Positions 1-9,586 of a stretch of DNA of 64,000 bases are shown one piece after another. The stretch spans positions 1 to 64,000 of IMG/VR virus record IMGVR_UViG_3300036819_000331; one strand, written 5' to 3'. The stretch is from a virus. The first letter of the stretch is position 1; each line of letters starts with the position of its first letter. The notes below the pieces were generated by a model. It saw only the letters and a program-made list of their open reading frames with translations. It made no database searches and was not told where the DNA came from. The position numbers and the translations under genes were made by a program.

Positions 1-612
1 ATGAAGCCCCTACCAATCACGAAGATCGAATATGGCGAGTTTCAAAAGGCCTACGCCTTCTTGAATGACGAGCTATTCGAGGGCGCTCTTCCTAATATCC
101 TCGTTACGTTGCAGCGGCTTTCCCGAGCGCATGGCTACTTCTCGCCAAATCGATTTAGTAACCGAGAGGCTGACATTTCCGTACACGAAATCGCTCTGAA
201 TCCCGATGGCTTTGTGAACCGGACTGACGAAGAGATCATCTCAACGCTTGCTCACGAAATGGTTCATCTTTGGCAGCATGCATATGGCAAGCCCGGCAGG
301 CGGGGCTATCACAATCTTCAATGGGCCAAAAAGATGAAGGAGGTTGGTCTCCAGCCGTCGGATACCGGCGAGGAGAACGGCAAGGAAACCGGAGAGAGAG
401 TTAGTCACTACATCGTTGGTGGGGGACCGTTTTCCAAGGCGTACAAGAAGCTTGAAGCAAAAGGCATTCAATTGCATTGGCAGTCGATACCGAAACGAGG
501 GGCGGGAAAAACGAAGTTTTCCTGCTCGAATTGTGGGCAGAATGCGTGGGCCAAGCCCGATGCTTGGCTTCTCTGCGGCGCGTGCAATGGGGCGAGGATG
601 AGCGGCAAGTAG
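1..612 (+). CDS. SprT-like zinc metalloprotease with C-terminal zinc ribbon
   Basis: HExxH motif (LAHEMVHLWQH), downstream GYHN, C-terminal CSNC...CGAC; resembles SprT/MprA-type proteins of mobile elements. Confidence 0.8.
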   Translation: MKPLPITKIEYGEFQKAYAFLNDELFEGALPNILVTLQRLSRAHGYFSPNRFSNREADISVHEIALNPDGFVNRTDEEIISTLAHEMVHLWQHAYGKPGRRGYHNLQWAKKMKEVGLQPSDTGEENGKETGERVSHYIVGGGPFSKAYKKLEAKGIQLHWQSIPKRGAGKTKFSCSNCGQNAWAKPDAWLLCGACNGARMSGK

Positions 613-677
613 TAAGCGGGGCGTTGCGGGGCTGCACCCCGCAGAGTGGGGTAGCGGAAGCCCAACGGGCTGAAGCG

Positions 678-706
678 AGGGGAGAGACTTCTCCCCCTTA
701 AAAAAG
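678..706 (-). terminator. Hairpin followed by A-run (intrinsic terminator-like for the minus strand)
   Basis: agggggaga-gact-tctccccct followed by taaaaaa. Confidence 0.4.
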
Positions 707-741
707 CCGCCCAACGCGGCAATCCAAACGAGGCAAAAACC

Positions 742-1356
742 ATGAACGCTACACGTGTCTCCAAACGCGCCGGGCTTAGGTCCGGCATGACTCTAATCGC
801 AATCCTCCTCACCGGCTGCTCCATGGGCAAGAGCGGAGAAACCACCATCACTGTTACCGGAACCCTGAACGGCGGCAACGACCCTCTGGCGATATTCGGC
901 GGCGGCGTACTGCCTGCCGGAACGCCCTACACCCTCGTCTTCACCTTCGACGACACCAAGGGCCAGGACACAGATCCCGGCTGCTCCGGCTCGGGCATCG
1001 GCGGAACGCACGAGGAATCCCCCGGAACGGCCACCCTCACGATCAACGGCAAGAGCTACGACTTCGGCCAGAGTCCGGACGCGACCTCCAAAGCATGGCG
1101 CAAAACCGGCGATGCCTGCTCTGAAATCGGCATGGAGATCGGCGAGGGCCGGTTCCCGTTCTTCAGCACGGTGAGCATCAGGGTGTCCCCGCCACAAGGC
1201 ACCGCTACGCTCACGAGCGATTCCGACTGGCGCTCCCGCCTCTCGGTCGATGACGTCTATGCGCGCAACACCTACAACTCATTCGTCATTCAGAAGGCCG
1301 GAAACTACGCCCGGACGATGAGCTACCTGTCGGTCTCCAGCCTGAAGGTGCGTTGA
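742..1356 (+). CDS. Putative lipoprotein (moron)
   Basis: Hydrophobic N-terminus with lipobox LLTGC; beta-rich body. Confidence 0.55.
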   Translation: MNATRVSKRAGLRSGMTLIAILLTGCSMGKSGETTITVTGTLNGGNDPLAIFGGGVLPAGTPYTLVFTFDDTKGQDTDPGCSGSGIGGTHEESPGTATLTINGKSYDFGQSPDATSKAWRKTGDACSEIGMEIGEGRFPFFSTVSIRVSPPQGTATLTSDSDWRSRLSVDDVYARNTYNSFVIQKAGNYARTMSYLSVSSLKVR

Positions 1357-1685
1357 ATCACCGTTCCCGCTCCTCCGCGCGCTCCCGGCGCTCCTGCATG
1401 AGCCGCTGTGTGTGGAACCCCTCCGATACCAGGGCGGTGGCTACCGAGGCAATGCGGATCCACCGCCACCGCTTCTGCGAGTCCTGCACGATCTCGCCGA
1501 TGATGAGCGGGCTGAGGATGCCCGCCATGCGTATCCAGTGCCCGGCAGAGCCAGCGCCCACCGACGTGTGCACATGGTGAAACGCTGACCGCTCGCGGAG
1601 TTCCGGCGGTTGAAGGGCGTAATCCCGAGGTTGTGGTGCGCGCGGGGGCATTGCCCGCGCAGGTTAGGCATCCACGGCCAGCCCG

Positions 1686-2204
1686 TCAAGCTGGATTTGG
1701 AATGGGCGTAAATTGAAATTTGGCGGGCTTGAGGCCAAGCTTCCACAGCATCATCAGATTGCTGAGATATAGCGTAACCTTCTCTCTATCTGCGCTGATG
1801 ATTGGATTGTCTGGATCTTCAAGATCAACAATTTGCGACGGCCATGAATCGCCGATTTCTAGACTACTGGTAATGGCGTTTAGACGGCTTAAGAGCAGTT
1901 CTCGTCGTGGAAACTCACCGCTTCCGGCGATAGCGGTGAAGCCGCCCTTGCGTTCCCCGAACATCAAGAATAGCGGCAATAGACCCGCGAAGTAAATTTT
2001 CTCAATTGGCTCTATCACGCGGTCGTCGTGGTCTTCATCCCAAATAACCGCGAAGTCGCAAAAGCGGCCATCGCCTAACATATTTCCGTCTTCGTCGCCG
2101 AAGACAACTGCGCGGAAAATTGAATAGTGAGTACCTCGGCCAAGAGTTCCGGTCGGGGTCTGTTCGTCGTGGAGGGTCTGGAAAAATTCGCTGTATTTGC
2201 GCAA
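1686..2204 (-). CDS. Hypothetical protein
   Basis: 172-aa ORF with protein-like composition and lower GC. Confidence 0.55.
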   Translation of the reverse strand: MRKYSEFFQTLHDEQTPTGTLGRGTHYSIFRAVVFGDEDGNMLGDGRFCDFAVIWDEDHDDRVIEPIEKIYFAGLLPLFLMFGERKGGFTAIAGSGEFPRRELLLSRLNAITSSLEIGDSWPSQIVDLEDPDNPIISADREKVTLYLSNLMMLWKLGLKPAKFQFTPIPNPA

Positions 2205-2359
2205 GATGCGCTCCTTTCAAGAGGCAACGGATGCGATTTCGTCGCACGCGCGGATTTTCGTCCGCGCTCCGTTACTACCATCCACAGTCTAACATCCGTG
2301 TCAAATGTTAGGGAAGCTGAGAAGGTTCGGAGTTCGCATATGGTTTCATCAGTCCCCGG

Positions 2360-2551
2360 TCATCTCCATATCTCGGGGTTACAGCGCTTGGCCACTCGAC
2401 CTCCGACGATGTTCTGAAGCGCGTGGATATGGAACGTGAATTCGGCGGCATCGCCAGGATGGCCCTTTGACAATCGACAAAATTCATTCCAAGCATTTGC
2501 CAGATGGGTGAGTACCTCATGCTCCTCTGCGGTGAGTCCGGGTTCTGTCAT
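2360..2551 (-). CDS. Small phage early protein
   Basis: ATGA-coupled to the upstream gene; AWNEF...HIHALQNIV pattern seen in phage hypotheticals. Confidence 0.6.
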   Translation of the reverse strand: MTEPGLTAEEHEVLTHLANAWNEFCRLSKGHPGDAAEFTFHIHALQNIVGGRVAKRCNPEIWR

Positions 2552-2901
2552 CGTGTAGGCTCTTGGGGATTAAGGGCCTTTGCAGCGATGGCCTGCGAGT
2601 GATGTTCATAGTGTTGAGAGGCGATTTTCCCGAGGGCAACTTCCAGCCGCTCAATCTCCACCACCGCCTCCTGCACCAGAGCGATGAGGGCGGCTTCACG
2701 AGGGCGGATATTCCAGGCATTGACAGCGGCTTCCTGCCCACGCTGTTGGCGCGTTTGGAGTCCGCAGTCAAAACATTGCACGGAATAGTTGCCGAAGCCA
2801 TGGGCCGTCAGAGTGTCACGGGCGGCTCCGCACCGTGGGCATGGCTGAAGACCGTGCAGCAGTTGCGTGAGCGCCGCGAGCTTGGTAAGGATGTCGGTCA
2901 C
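2548..2901 (-). CDS. Lar-family restriction alleviation protein
   Basis: LQPCPRCG...YSVQCFDCG...AVNAWNIR pattern typical of the Lar family. Confidence 0.7.
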   Translation of the reverse strand: MTDILTKLAALTQLLHGLQPCPRCGAARDTLTAHGFGNYSVQCFDCGLQTRQQRGQEAAVNAWNIRPREAALIALVQEAVVEIERLEVALGKIASQHYEHHSQAIAAKALNPQEPTR

Positions 2902-2976
2902 TGGAACCCCGTTTTGACACTGGTTGAAACGATCCCGCTCCCGCCTTCACCAAGGATGTAGACTTGTTGCGGGGTT

Positions 2977-3186
2977 TTGGGAGGGGATATGAAGAAAAGC
3001 AGCCTACTTGCCGGTCTGGGCTTTGCGTTTATGGGGACGATGGTTCTGCTCAACAGCCTGGGCAATCCACGGATCGAGGCGGCCCACTTGCATGGCTCCG
3101 ATATCTTGAGACTCGTCGCTTCGGGCGGGTTGTTTGGCGTCGCCATAATGGTGGCGACGGCTTCCAGATGGGCGAGGAAAGAGTAG
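2977..3186 (+). CDS. Small two-TM membrane protein (antisense moron)
   Basis: RBS GGAGGGG before ATG, two hydrophobic segments, TAGACT -10-like box upstream. Confidence 0.55.
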   Translation: MGGDMKKSSLLAGLGFAFMGTMVLLNSLGNPRIEAAHLHGSDILRLVASGGLFGVAIMVATASRWARKE

Positions 3187-3196
3187 GGGGCGTGAG

Positions 3197-5371
3197 TCAT
3201 GCTTCATCCCTGAATTTGACGCCGGCGGCTTTGATGGCAGTTATTACAGCTTTTGCATGTGCTCGATAAAGTGGCCTGAAACCTTTGGCAATGTCCTCGT
3301 CTTTCAGCAGTTCTGACAGGGCATGCTCAGCAATTCTCGCCGCTTCGGCTTGCGTCAGCTTCGGCGCATAGTTGTCTTTGGCGGCTTGCCAGCCAGCCCA
3401 AGCGGCCTGTACGCTGCCGTTAAGGTAAACTCCGTCGCATTTCGATATATGCCTTCCTGCCGGACCGCCGAATTTGTGGTCAACCCAGTCTTCGAATTCC
3501 TCGCGGTCGCTCATTCATCCCTCCAAGACGAAGCAGGAATAGCGGCGATGGCAGCTCTGGCAGTCTCAACGCAATATTCCCAATGAGCCTTTGGTGGGTA
3601 GCCCCCGTCAGTTTCATCAGGGTTGTCGCCAGCAATCGCGCGTGCGACGAGCTCCACCAGTTCGTGCGGGGCCGAATGGGCTGGGGCCGGGGAGACTTTC
3701 ACTCCCAGTTCTTTAGCGGGCCTTTCGGCTTCCTCCTGCGTTTTATCTATATCGCAGGCCACGGCTCCGTGATTCTGTTCAGCGTTGTGCTCGCGGATGA
3801 TGGCGATGGCTCTATCAGCGGGGAAATACTGCTCGCTATTATTTCCGTCCATATGGCCGGTGCGTATCTCTGCGAGCCGGTCAATCAGGGTTTTTGTGGT
3901 CATGATGCTTCCCCCGTGGTTTTCGCGTCCGCTCTCGCGGTAAAGGTCAGCGCATTCTCGACTACCGCCGCGCCGACGTCATCGGTAACATCAAATTTCT
4001 CGCCCGTGACGGTCACAAGGCCATTCTCGATTTTGTAGTGCCGAGTGGCGTACAAGCGCCCACTGAACTTGCTGTAGAAAACGCGGATTGGCCTCTTCAT
4101 ACTCCATCTCCCCCATAAACCGTCACAAAGCAACCCTTCTCCGCATCCCACAAAGGATGCGATCTATCCCCCTCGTCGTAATCCTCGACGCGAACCTCGA
4201 CTCCGGGTGGGATGCCGGTCACGTCCTGCACGAGGCCGCCTTCGACGTGAACGGTGATAGTCTTTTGCGATGCGCTGTTATCAACCAGCGCTTCCCACTC
4301 GACAAGCTGTTCTGGCACTGTAAGGTGGTGATATTCCGCATTATGCTGCTTGCAGTTGTGAATAGCCGCCTTAAGGGAATGCTTAAGGGCGGCATTCTCT
4401 CGGCGCAGCCCGTCCACATACCGCTCATATTCGATGGTTTCTGAGGGGAGGGGCTGGGTCATGATGCACTCCCGCCGGTCTTGTAGTTGGGATTGATAGT
4501 GCGGGCGAGCAGGTCCATCGCGCCATCGGCAAGGATCCGTGCCTTTGACGAGCCTTTCAACCGTTGCGAGCCTTGCAAATAGAGGGCGATTTCCTCAAGC
4601 TTTTCCCGCACGTCCTGAGCGGAGGCCAGAATCTGTCCGGTCATCGGCGGCGCGTCCTCTTCGACGTAGGCGACGGCCTTGCCATCAAGGACTATCGGAC
4701 GGCCATCTTCGTCCGACGAGAATTTGAAATATTGCTCACGCATGATCGCCTCCAGTGCTCGCGGCGAGAGACGAGCGATTCGAGGCGATCGACTCCGATT
4801 GCAGTCTGAGATATGGCCGCAAGACATCAAAGGCAGCGCCGATTACGACGGAGCCAATGTTGCCCTTCTTAACGCCGTTCCGGGTGATGACTTCCGACAC
4901 ATGGTCGTCTATTCGTCGAATTAGTTCGGCCTCGGTGATGCCCTGAGGCTCGTTCGGTGCACCTCCGCTGGCCTTGGCGATGGCGGCGCGGGCATTCAAC
5001 ACGACGGGACATTCACGCTGTACGCCATCAATGCAATCGGCCATATTGAGGTTATGCAACTCTGTCCATTTCACGAAATCAATCAAGGCACTGAGCAGCG
5101 TCTGGTGGCTGTTGCACGCTTGGACGATGAACGCCGCATTCGCCTCGGCCTCTTCGTCATCGCCGCAGTAGCCTATTTCGCAGACCGGGGGCCCATCGCA
5201 GATGCCGTCTTCGTCAACGGGGAAGATCGTATATCCGTCGGTGTCACATAGTTGTGCTGCTACGGAATCGAAGCCATCGCCGTCATATCCCCAAGGCAGA
5301 GGCGTGTGCGTCGTGGCCGAAGATTGTGATTGCGGCTGAAAGGAATCTGTGGAATCAGAATTGGTAGCCAT
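3197..5371 (-). other. Chain of coupled small phage early genes (3197-3514, 3511-3903, 3900-4100, 4097-4462, 4459-4743, 4736-5371)
   Basis: Overlapping starts and stops (mostly ATGA) with GGAG-type RBSs; HTPLPW motif in the last ORF is typical of phage early proteins. Confidence 0.7.
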
Positions 5372-5508
5372 AAACGTACATCCTTACGTTGGTGGTTAGA
5401 GGGGCCAGTGAGTGTGGAAGCTTGCTGGCCCTTCGCGCATTTAATGGGAAGACTCCGGTTCGGTCAACACGAAAGTGAAGGGGTGACCCGAAGGCCACCC
5501 CAACCCGG

Positions 5509-5841
5509 TTACTTCTTGCCATCCTTCTTGAAGCTCGGCTTCCGGTACGTCAGGGTGTGGCCCTTCTCGACCCCGGATTTCACCAGCTTGTACGAGCCCG
5601 GCGCAAGACTCGGTTCCTCGAAGGCGATGGAAACGTAGTGCCCGCGGTCGTCCTCGTAATCCCAGGCGACGCCGATGTCCTTGCTGCCGGAGCTGACGAC
5701 GTAATCCGGGTGGTTGTCCTTTTCCTTGTCCTCGACGCGGACCAGTTGGACGGGTGCCTTGATGGCGAGAGTATCGAGCTTGCCCGTGTAGCCGGTTTCG
5801 GTGGATTGGAACGAACCTATGATGAGAGCTGATTTCTTCAT
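5509..5841 (-). CDS. DUF736 family protein
   Basis: IGSF..TETGYTGKLDTL...HPDYVV...IGVAW...YVSIAFEEPS; RBS AGGAGA. Confidence 0.8.
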   Translation of the reverse strand: MKKSALIIGSFQSTETGYTGKLDTLAIKAPVQLVRVEDKEKDNHPDYVVSSGSKDIGVAWDYEDDRGHYVSIAFEEPSLAPGSYKLVKSGVEKGHTLTYRKPSFKKDGKK

Positions 5842-5872
5842 GACTTTCTCCTTTTGTTGTTTGAAGCCGCGA

Positions 5873-6040
5873 CATGCTGCTTCTTGACGGCGAACGTCAG
5901 GCGCGCGGAATAGCGAAGCCGGTCATAGAACTTTGGAGCGCAGCGACCGCGAGGAATCGACCGAAGGGAGAGGGGAAATGTTCGTCATTGGCCGGAGAGC
6001 GACGCGCGCATAGTCGCCGGCATAAAAAGGAGCAGGCATG
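5873..6040 (-). promoter_or_regulatory. Long nested stem-loop upstream of DUF736 (Frpo/ssi-like candidate)
   Basis: Nested complementary arms tgcttctt/aaggagca, cggcga/tcgccg, gcgcgc, ccggtca/tggccgg; contains GAGCGCAGCGA. Confidence 0.5.
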
Positions 6041-6179
6041 GACTTGCGGCGGAATGCGAAAGGGGAGGGTGAAGATCAGCGCTTGAATCGGTGTTCAAAA
6101 TCGGCCGGAAACACGGTGGGGGCTGCGATGACCGCCTATATCCGAATGGATGTAAAATTGACTGAATGGAGAATAGCCC

Positions 6180-7043
6180 ATGTCGCCTAGGGCGCGAGAA
6201 CCGCTAGACATACAGGATTATCTAGAAGCCAGCAGTGATGCCTCATCCCGAACGCGTGCGGCGCTGCTGGCCCTGATTGTTGCCAGTATCGTTGCTTTTG
6301 CTGCCGTTCTGCACACGATGCAAGGGAGATGGATGCATGAACGAATTCTCGCTGCGCAAAATATTCGGAGCAGCTACGTCGCCAAGGAGCTCGGCCCGTA
6401 CCCAGAGCGCAGAGGATTGAGCGCGGACGAATACGGTGAAAGAGTAAGGCATTACGAGCATCGATACCTTGGTCTCTGCGACGCGTTGGTGAAGACGGAT
6501 ATCGAGAATTTCATCGTGAGCGCTCCATTCATCGGTTTTACTTTTGACGTAAATGATCTGGATGTCTTAGGGGCGGTCGGCTTGTTCGTTGTTCTATTAG
6601 TCTATCGGTTCTTTTTAGCGAGGGAGCTTGAAAACTTAAAATTGTCTTTTAGGGCAGCTAAGGCTCTTGGGATGGCTGAGCTGGACAAATTCTATATTTT
6701 GTTGTCAATGCGGCAGGTATTTACGACGCCGCAATCCGACTTCAAATCACCATCGCGCTTTCGTAGCATCACACATAAGATACTTATTTGGATGCCGGTT
6801 GCCGTACTCGGAGTAATAGAGTACGACGACTGCATAAGTTTTGATATCGGTGCTGACATTAATAACATCCACTCCGTCACCGGTGTTTCCTGCGGCGCGC
6901 TCGGCCTGATCTTTTCCATCTGGATTTCTAGCGCGGTGACCGCCCGCCTCTTTCAGATGGACAAAATTTGGCTGGATTGTAGACATGAGATCGAAGCGTG
7001 GAAAAAGGCTCAGAGCCCGGCGGCTAAGAGCCAGCATCATTGA
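6180..7043 (+). CDS. Multi-pass membrane protein (moron)
   Basis: 287-aa ORF with about four hydrophobic segments; lower GC. Confidence 0.6.
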   Translation: MSPRAREPLDIQDYLEASSDASSRTRAALLALIVASIVAFAAVLHTMQGRWMHERILAAQNIRSSYVAKELGPYPERRGLSADEYGERVRHYEHRYLGLCDALVKTDIENFIVSAPFIGFTFDVNDLDVLGAVGLFVVLLVYRFFLARELENLKLSFRAAKALGMAELDKFYILLSMRQVFTTPQSDFKSPSRFRSITHKILIWMPVAVLGVIEYDDCISFDIGADINNIHSVTGVSCGALGLIFSIWISSAVTARLFQMDKIWLDCRHEIEAWKKAQSPAAKSQHH

Positions 7044-7142
7044 GAGTAATCCATTTGCAGTTCGGCACAAGACCGCACTTATGTATCAACCACACCTCCC
7101 CTCCCATAGCCCCACGCCCCTGATGCCGGTAGTGTGAGGGGA

Positions 7143-7574
7143 ATGGCAGATCCGCACGTTATCACCGCCTTGCTGAGAAAGTACACGGAAATCCTGACGC
7201 TGCTGCGGGCGAAGGACGCCGAGGCCGCTGAGCTGCGAGCGCAGCTGCTGGTGCTATCCAAGGCCATCAGCATCTACAAACCCGGCTTCGATGCCTCAGA
7301 GATATTCCCCAAGCGCAGCCACAAGCACAACCTTCACTTTCCGCGCGGTATGTTCTACCGGGTGGTGATGGACATCCTGCGGGAAGCGGACAGGCCGCTA
7401 TCGGCAGGAGAGCTGGCGCGGGCCGCACTGGAGCGTCAGGGAGCGCCGACGGATGCCGCGACGGTCAACCAGTTCCGGCAGACGCTCAACGGGGCGTTGG
7501 TGAAGTATGCGCGGGACGGGCGGATTGTGCGGCGTGAGGGCGAGAGGCCTCAGCGGTGGGAATTGGTGAGGTAG
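7143..7574 (+). CDS. Hypothetical protein with winged-HTH-like C-terminus
   Basis: MADPHVITAL...ILREADRPLSAGELA pattern; first gene inside the left IR. Confidence 0.6.
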   Translation: MADPHVITALLRKYTEILTLLRAKDAEAAELRAQLLVLSKAISIYKPGFDASEIFPKRSHKHNLHFPRGMFYRVVMDILREADRPLSAGELARAALERQGAPTDAATVNQFRQTLNGALVKYARDGRIVRREGERPQRWELVR

Positions 7575-7725
7575 CGTGTGGATCGGCAGAAATCGGCTCC
7601 TACGCTCATTATGTCTCTTCCCTGCAACGCCGACTTGGTATATATTCCTGACCCCGATTTTAAGTTGTCAACGTAAAAGACACAACTTATAGTATTCGGG
7701 CAACACTTTTTCAGGAGGCGTTTCT

Positions 7726-7980
7726 ATGAGCACACCATCCACTATCGTTGTTGATGTGACAGTTCACCAGAATTGGTATGTTGCCACCAGTAGAAGTCTG
7801 GCTGGATTATTCGTGGCCGACCCCACCATGTTTGGGCTGTTACAGGAAATCCCCGAAGTTATCAAAATGCTGATAAAGACGAAATACGGCAAAGACGTTG
7901 AAGTGGCGGAAGCAAGGGAATTAGACAGCACAGACGTTTTCCCAATCACTTATGCTGCGATAACAAAGTGCGCCGCATAG
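7726..7980 (+). CDS. HicB/DUF1902-like antitoxin
   Basis: WYVATSRSLAGLFV...LLQEIPEVIKML pattern; RBS AGGAGG. Confidence 0.55.
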   Translation: MSTPSTIVVDVTVHQNWYVATSRSLAGLFVADPTMFGLLQEIPEVIKMLIKTKYGKDVEVAEARELDSTDVFPITYAAITKCAA

Positions 7981-7989
7981 GAGGCACCC

Positions 7990-8271
7990 ATGCTGATGCG
8001 TCCCGTCGAAGAACTAGAAGAAATTTTGCAGAAGCTTGGATTTCAGGAAACTGGCAAGAAAACTGGTAAACACAAAGAATGGATCGACCCAAGCGGCGAG
8101 CCATTTTCCGTGCCGACTGTGCGGGAAGTGCCAGAGGCGGTATTTGTGTGTTGCGTTGAAGTCGCAACCCGCCTTTACAAAACGGAGCAGGAGCGAGTTC
8201 ATCAGAAGCTCTATAACCTCACCCATAAAGATAGTGCGGCATTGAAGCTGGTCGATCCTAAGAAGGACTAA
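7990..8271 (+). CDS. HicA-like mRNA interferase
   Basis: LEEILQKLGFQE..KTGKHKEW.DPSG..FSVP dsRBD-like pattern; adjacent to the HicB-like gene. Confidence 0.5.
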   Translation: MLMRPVEELEEILQKLGFQETGKKTGKHKEWIDPSGEPFSVPTVREVPEAVFVCCVEVATRLYKTEQERVHQKLYNLTHKDSAALKLVDPKKD

Positions 8272-9224
8272 GCCGCCCTCTGCCAATACCCTTTCCAAAC
8301 CCGCGACACTGGCGAGTTGAGCGCCGCATTCGCCACCTTCAGGTACTGCTCCCCGTTGCTGATGCGGCGGTTGTCCTCCCTCCACGCCATCTCAGCGGCG
8401 TAGCTCCCGAGGTACGGGCCGGAGATTACGTGATGCACTCCGATCTCCGCGCGGCGCAGGCGGGAGAAGTAGGACTCCGCCTGATTGGTGCATGCGCCAC
8501 CGGCGCTATAGGCCTCGCTGTGGTTGATGCGCTTCGTGAGATAGCGGGCATGCAGCGCATCCCAGGCCGGGGCCTCGTCGGCATAGACCGTTGCGCCGTT
8601 CGTCACGTGCGCCTGTATCGCGGGAAGGGATGCCGCCTCGCTCGTGAAGACGAACGGCAGCGTCCTGCCGCCCCTCTGGCGCATGACGACGACCACGCGG
8701 CGCTTGCCAGAGCGGTTCTGGAGCAGGCGCAAGTCCTTCCGGTCTTCCTTGCGGTTCGCGGGCTTCACATGGCCGCCGAAGTATGCGCCGTCCACTTCCA
8801 CCTCGCCGGTCAAAGGCTCCGGCTTCTTCCCGGCCAGCGCTTCGCGGATTTTATGGGAGAGAACGAAGGCGGTCTTATACTGCACGTCCAGGTCGCGGCT
8901 CAACTGCAAGGCGCTATGCCCCTTCGCGCCGTTCACGAAGATGGCGATGGCCGCGAGGATGTCCCGCAGCGGCAGCTTGTGGCTGGCGAAGATGGTGCCG
9001 GTCGTGACGCTGAACTGCTTGTTGCAGCCCTTGCACTTGAATATTGACCGGGCCTTGTACTGGTAGACCGCCGCGCAGGCGCAGCGCGGGCAGACCGGAG
9101 CGCCGTTCGTATCGGACCAGCGCAGGGCCCTGAATGCCTCAAACGCCTCCTGCTCGCTCAGTCGCATCACTTTTGCGAGGCTGAGTGTCCGGGCCTTGGA
9201 CGAAAGGAGGAAGTGTTGGGTCAT
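8268..9224 (-). CDS. IS1595-family (ISXO2-like) DDE transposase
   Basis: Zn ribbon CPRC...CKGC, HTH, VEVDGAYFGG, VYADE, INHS, TNQAESYF. Confidence 0.95.
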   Translation of the reverse strand: MTQHFLLSSKARTLSLAKVMRLSEQEAFEAFRALRWSDTNGAPVCPRCACAAVYQYKARSIFKCKGCNKQFSVTTGTIFASHKLPLRDILAAIAIFVNGAKGHSALQLSRDLDVQYKTAFVLSHKIREALAGKKPEPLTGEVEVDGAYFGGHVKPANRKEDRKDLRLLQNRSGKRRVVVVMRQRGGRTLPFVFTSEAASLPAIQAHVTNGATVYADEAPAWDALHARYLTKRINHSEAYSAGGACTNQAESYFSRLRRAEIGVHHVISGPYLGSYAAEMAWREDNRRISNGEQYLKVANAALNSPVSRVWKGYWQRAA

Positions 9225-9340
9225 TGATTGTTACATTCGCTATGTTGTTAGCGAATATGCTAATCTTTTCATTCTTCTTGTCAACGGAAAAATGTCATAT
9301 ATGCTATCTGAATAGCGCATTAAACATCGGTATGCGGAAA

Positions 9341-9586
9341 ATGACGGCCAAACTGGACGAAACCCATTGGGCGGAGCGGGCGAAGCGGCTCCTAAAGGCC
9401 GAGTTGAAACTGGCCGATGTAACTTATGAGGATTTGGCGGCCAAGCTCACGGCGCTGGGCGTGCCGGAGTCGAAGGCATCCGTTGCCAGCAAGATTAGCC
9501 GGGGAGCATTTCCCGCCAGCTTCTTCCTTGCCGCGCTTCACGTAATAGGTCGCAAGACGATAGCTATTGAAGACATCCAATCATGA
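9341..9586 (+). CDS. DUF6471-like HTH protein
   Basis: LLKAELKLADVTYEDLAAKL...ASKISRGAFPASFF; divergent from the transposase. Confidence 0.75.
   Translation: MTAKLDETHWAERAKRLLKAELKLADVTYEDLAAKLTALGVPESKASVASKISRGAFPASFFLAALHVIGRKTIAIEDIQS

Noticed and set aside
2360-2551. Acb2-type anti-CBASS protein
   Set aside because: Small and helical, but lacks the Acb2 signature residues as I recall them
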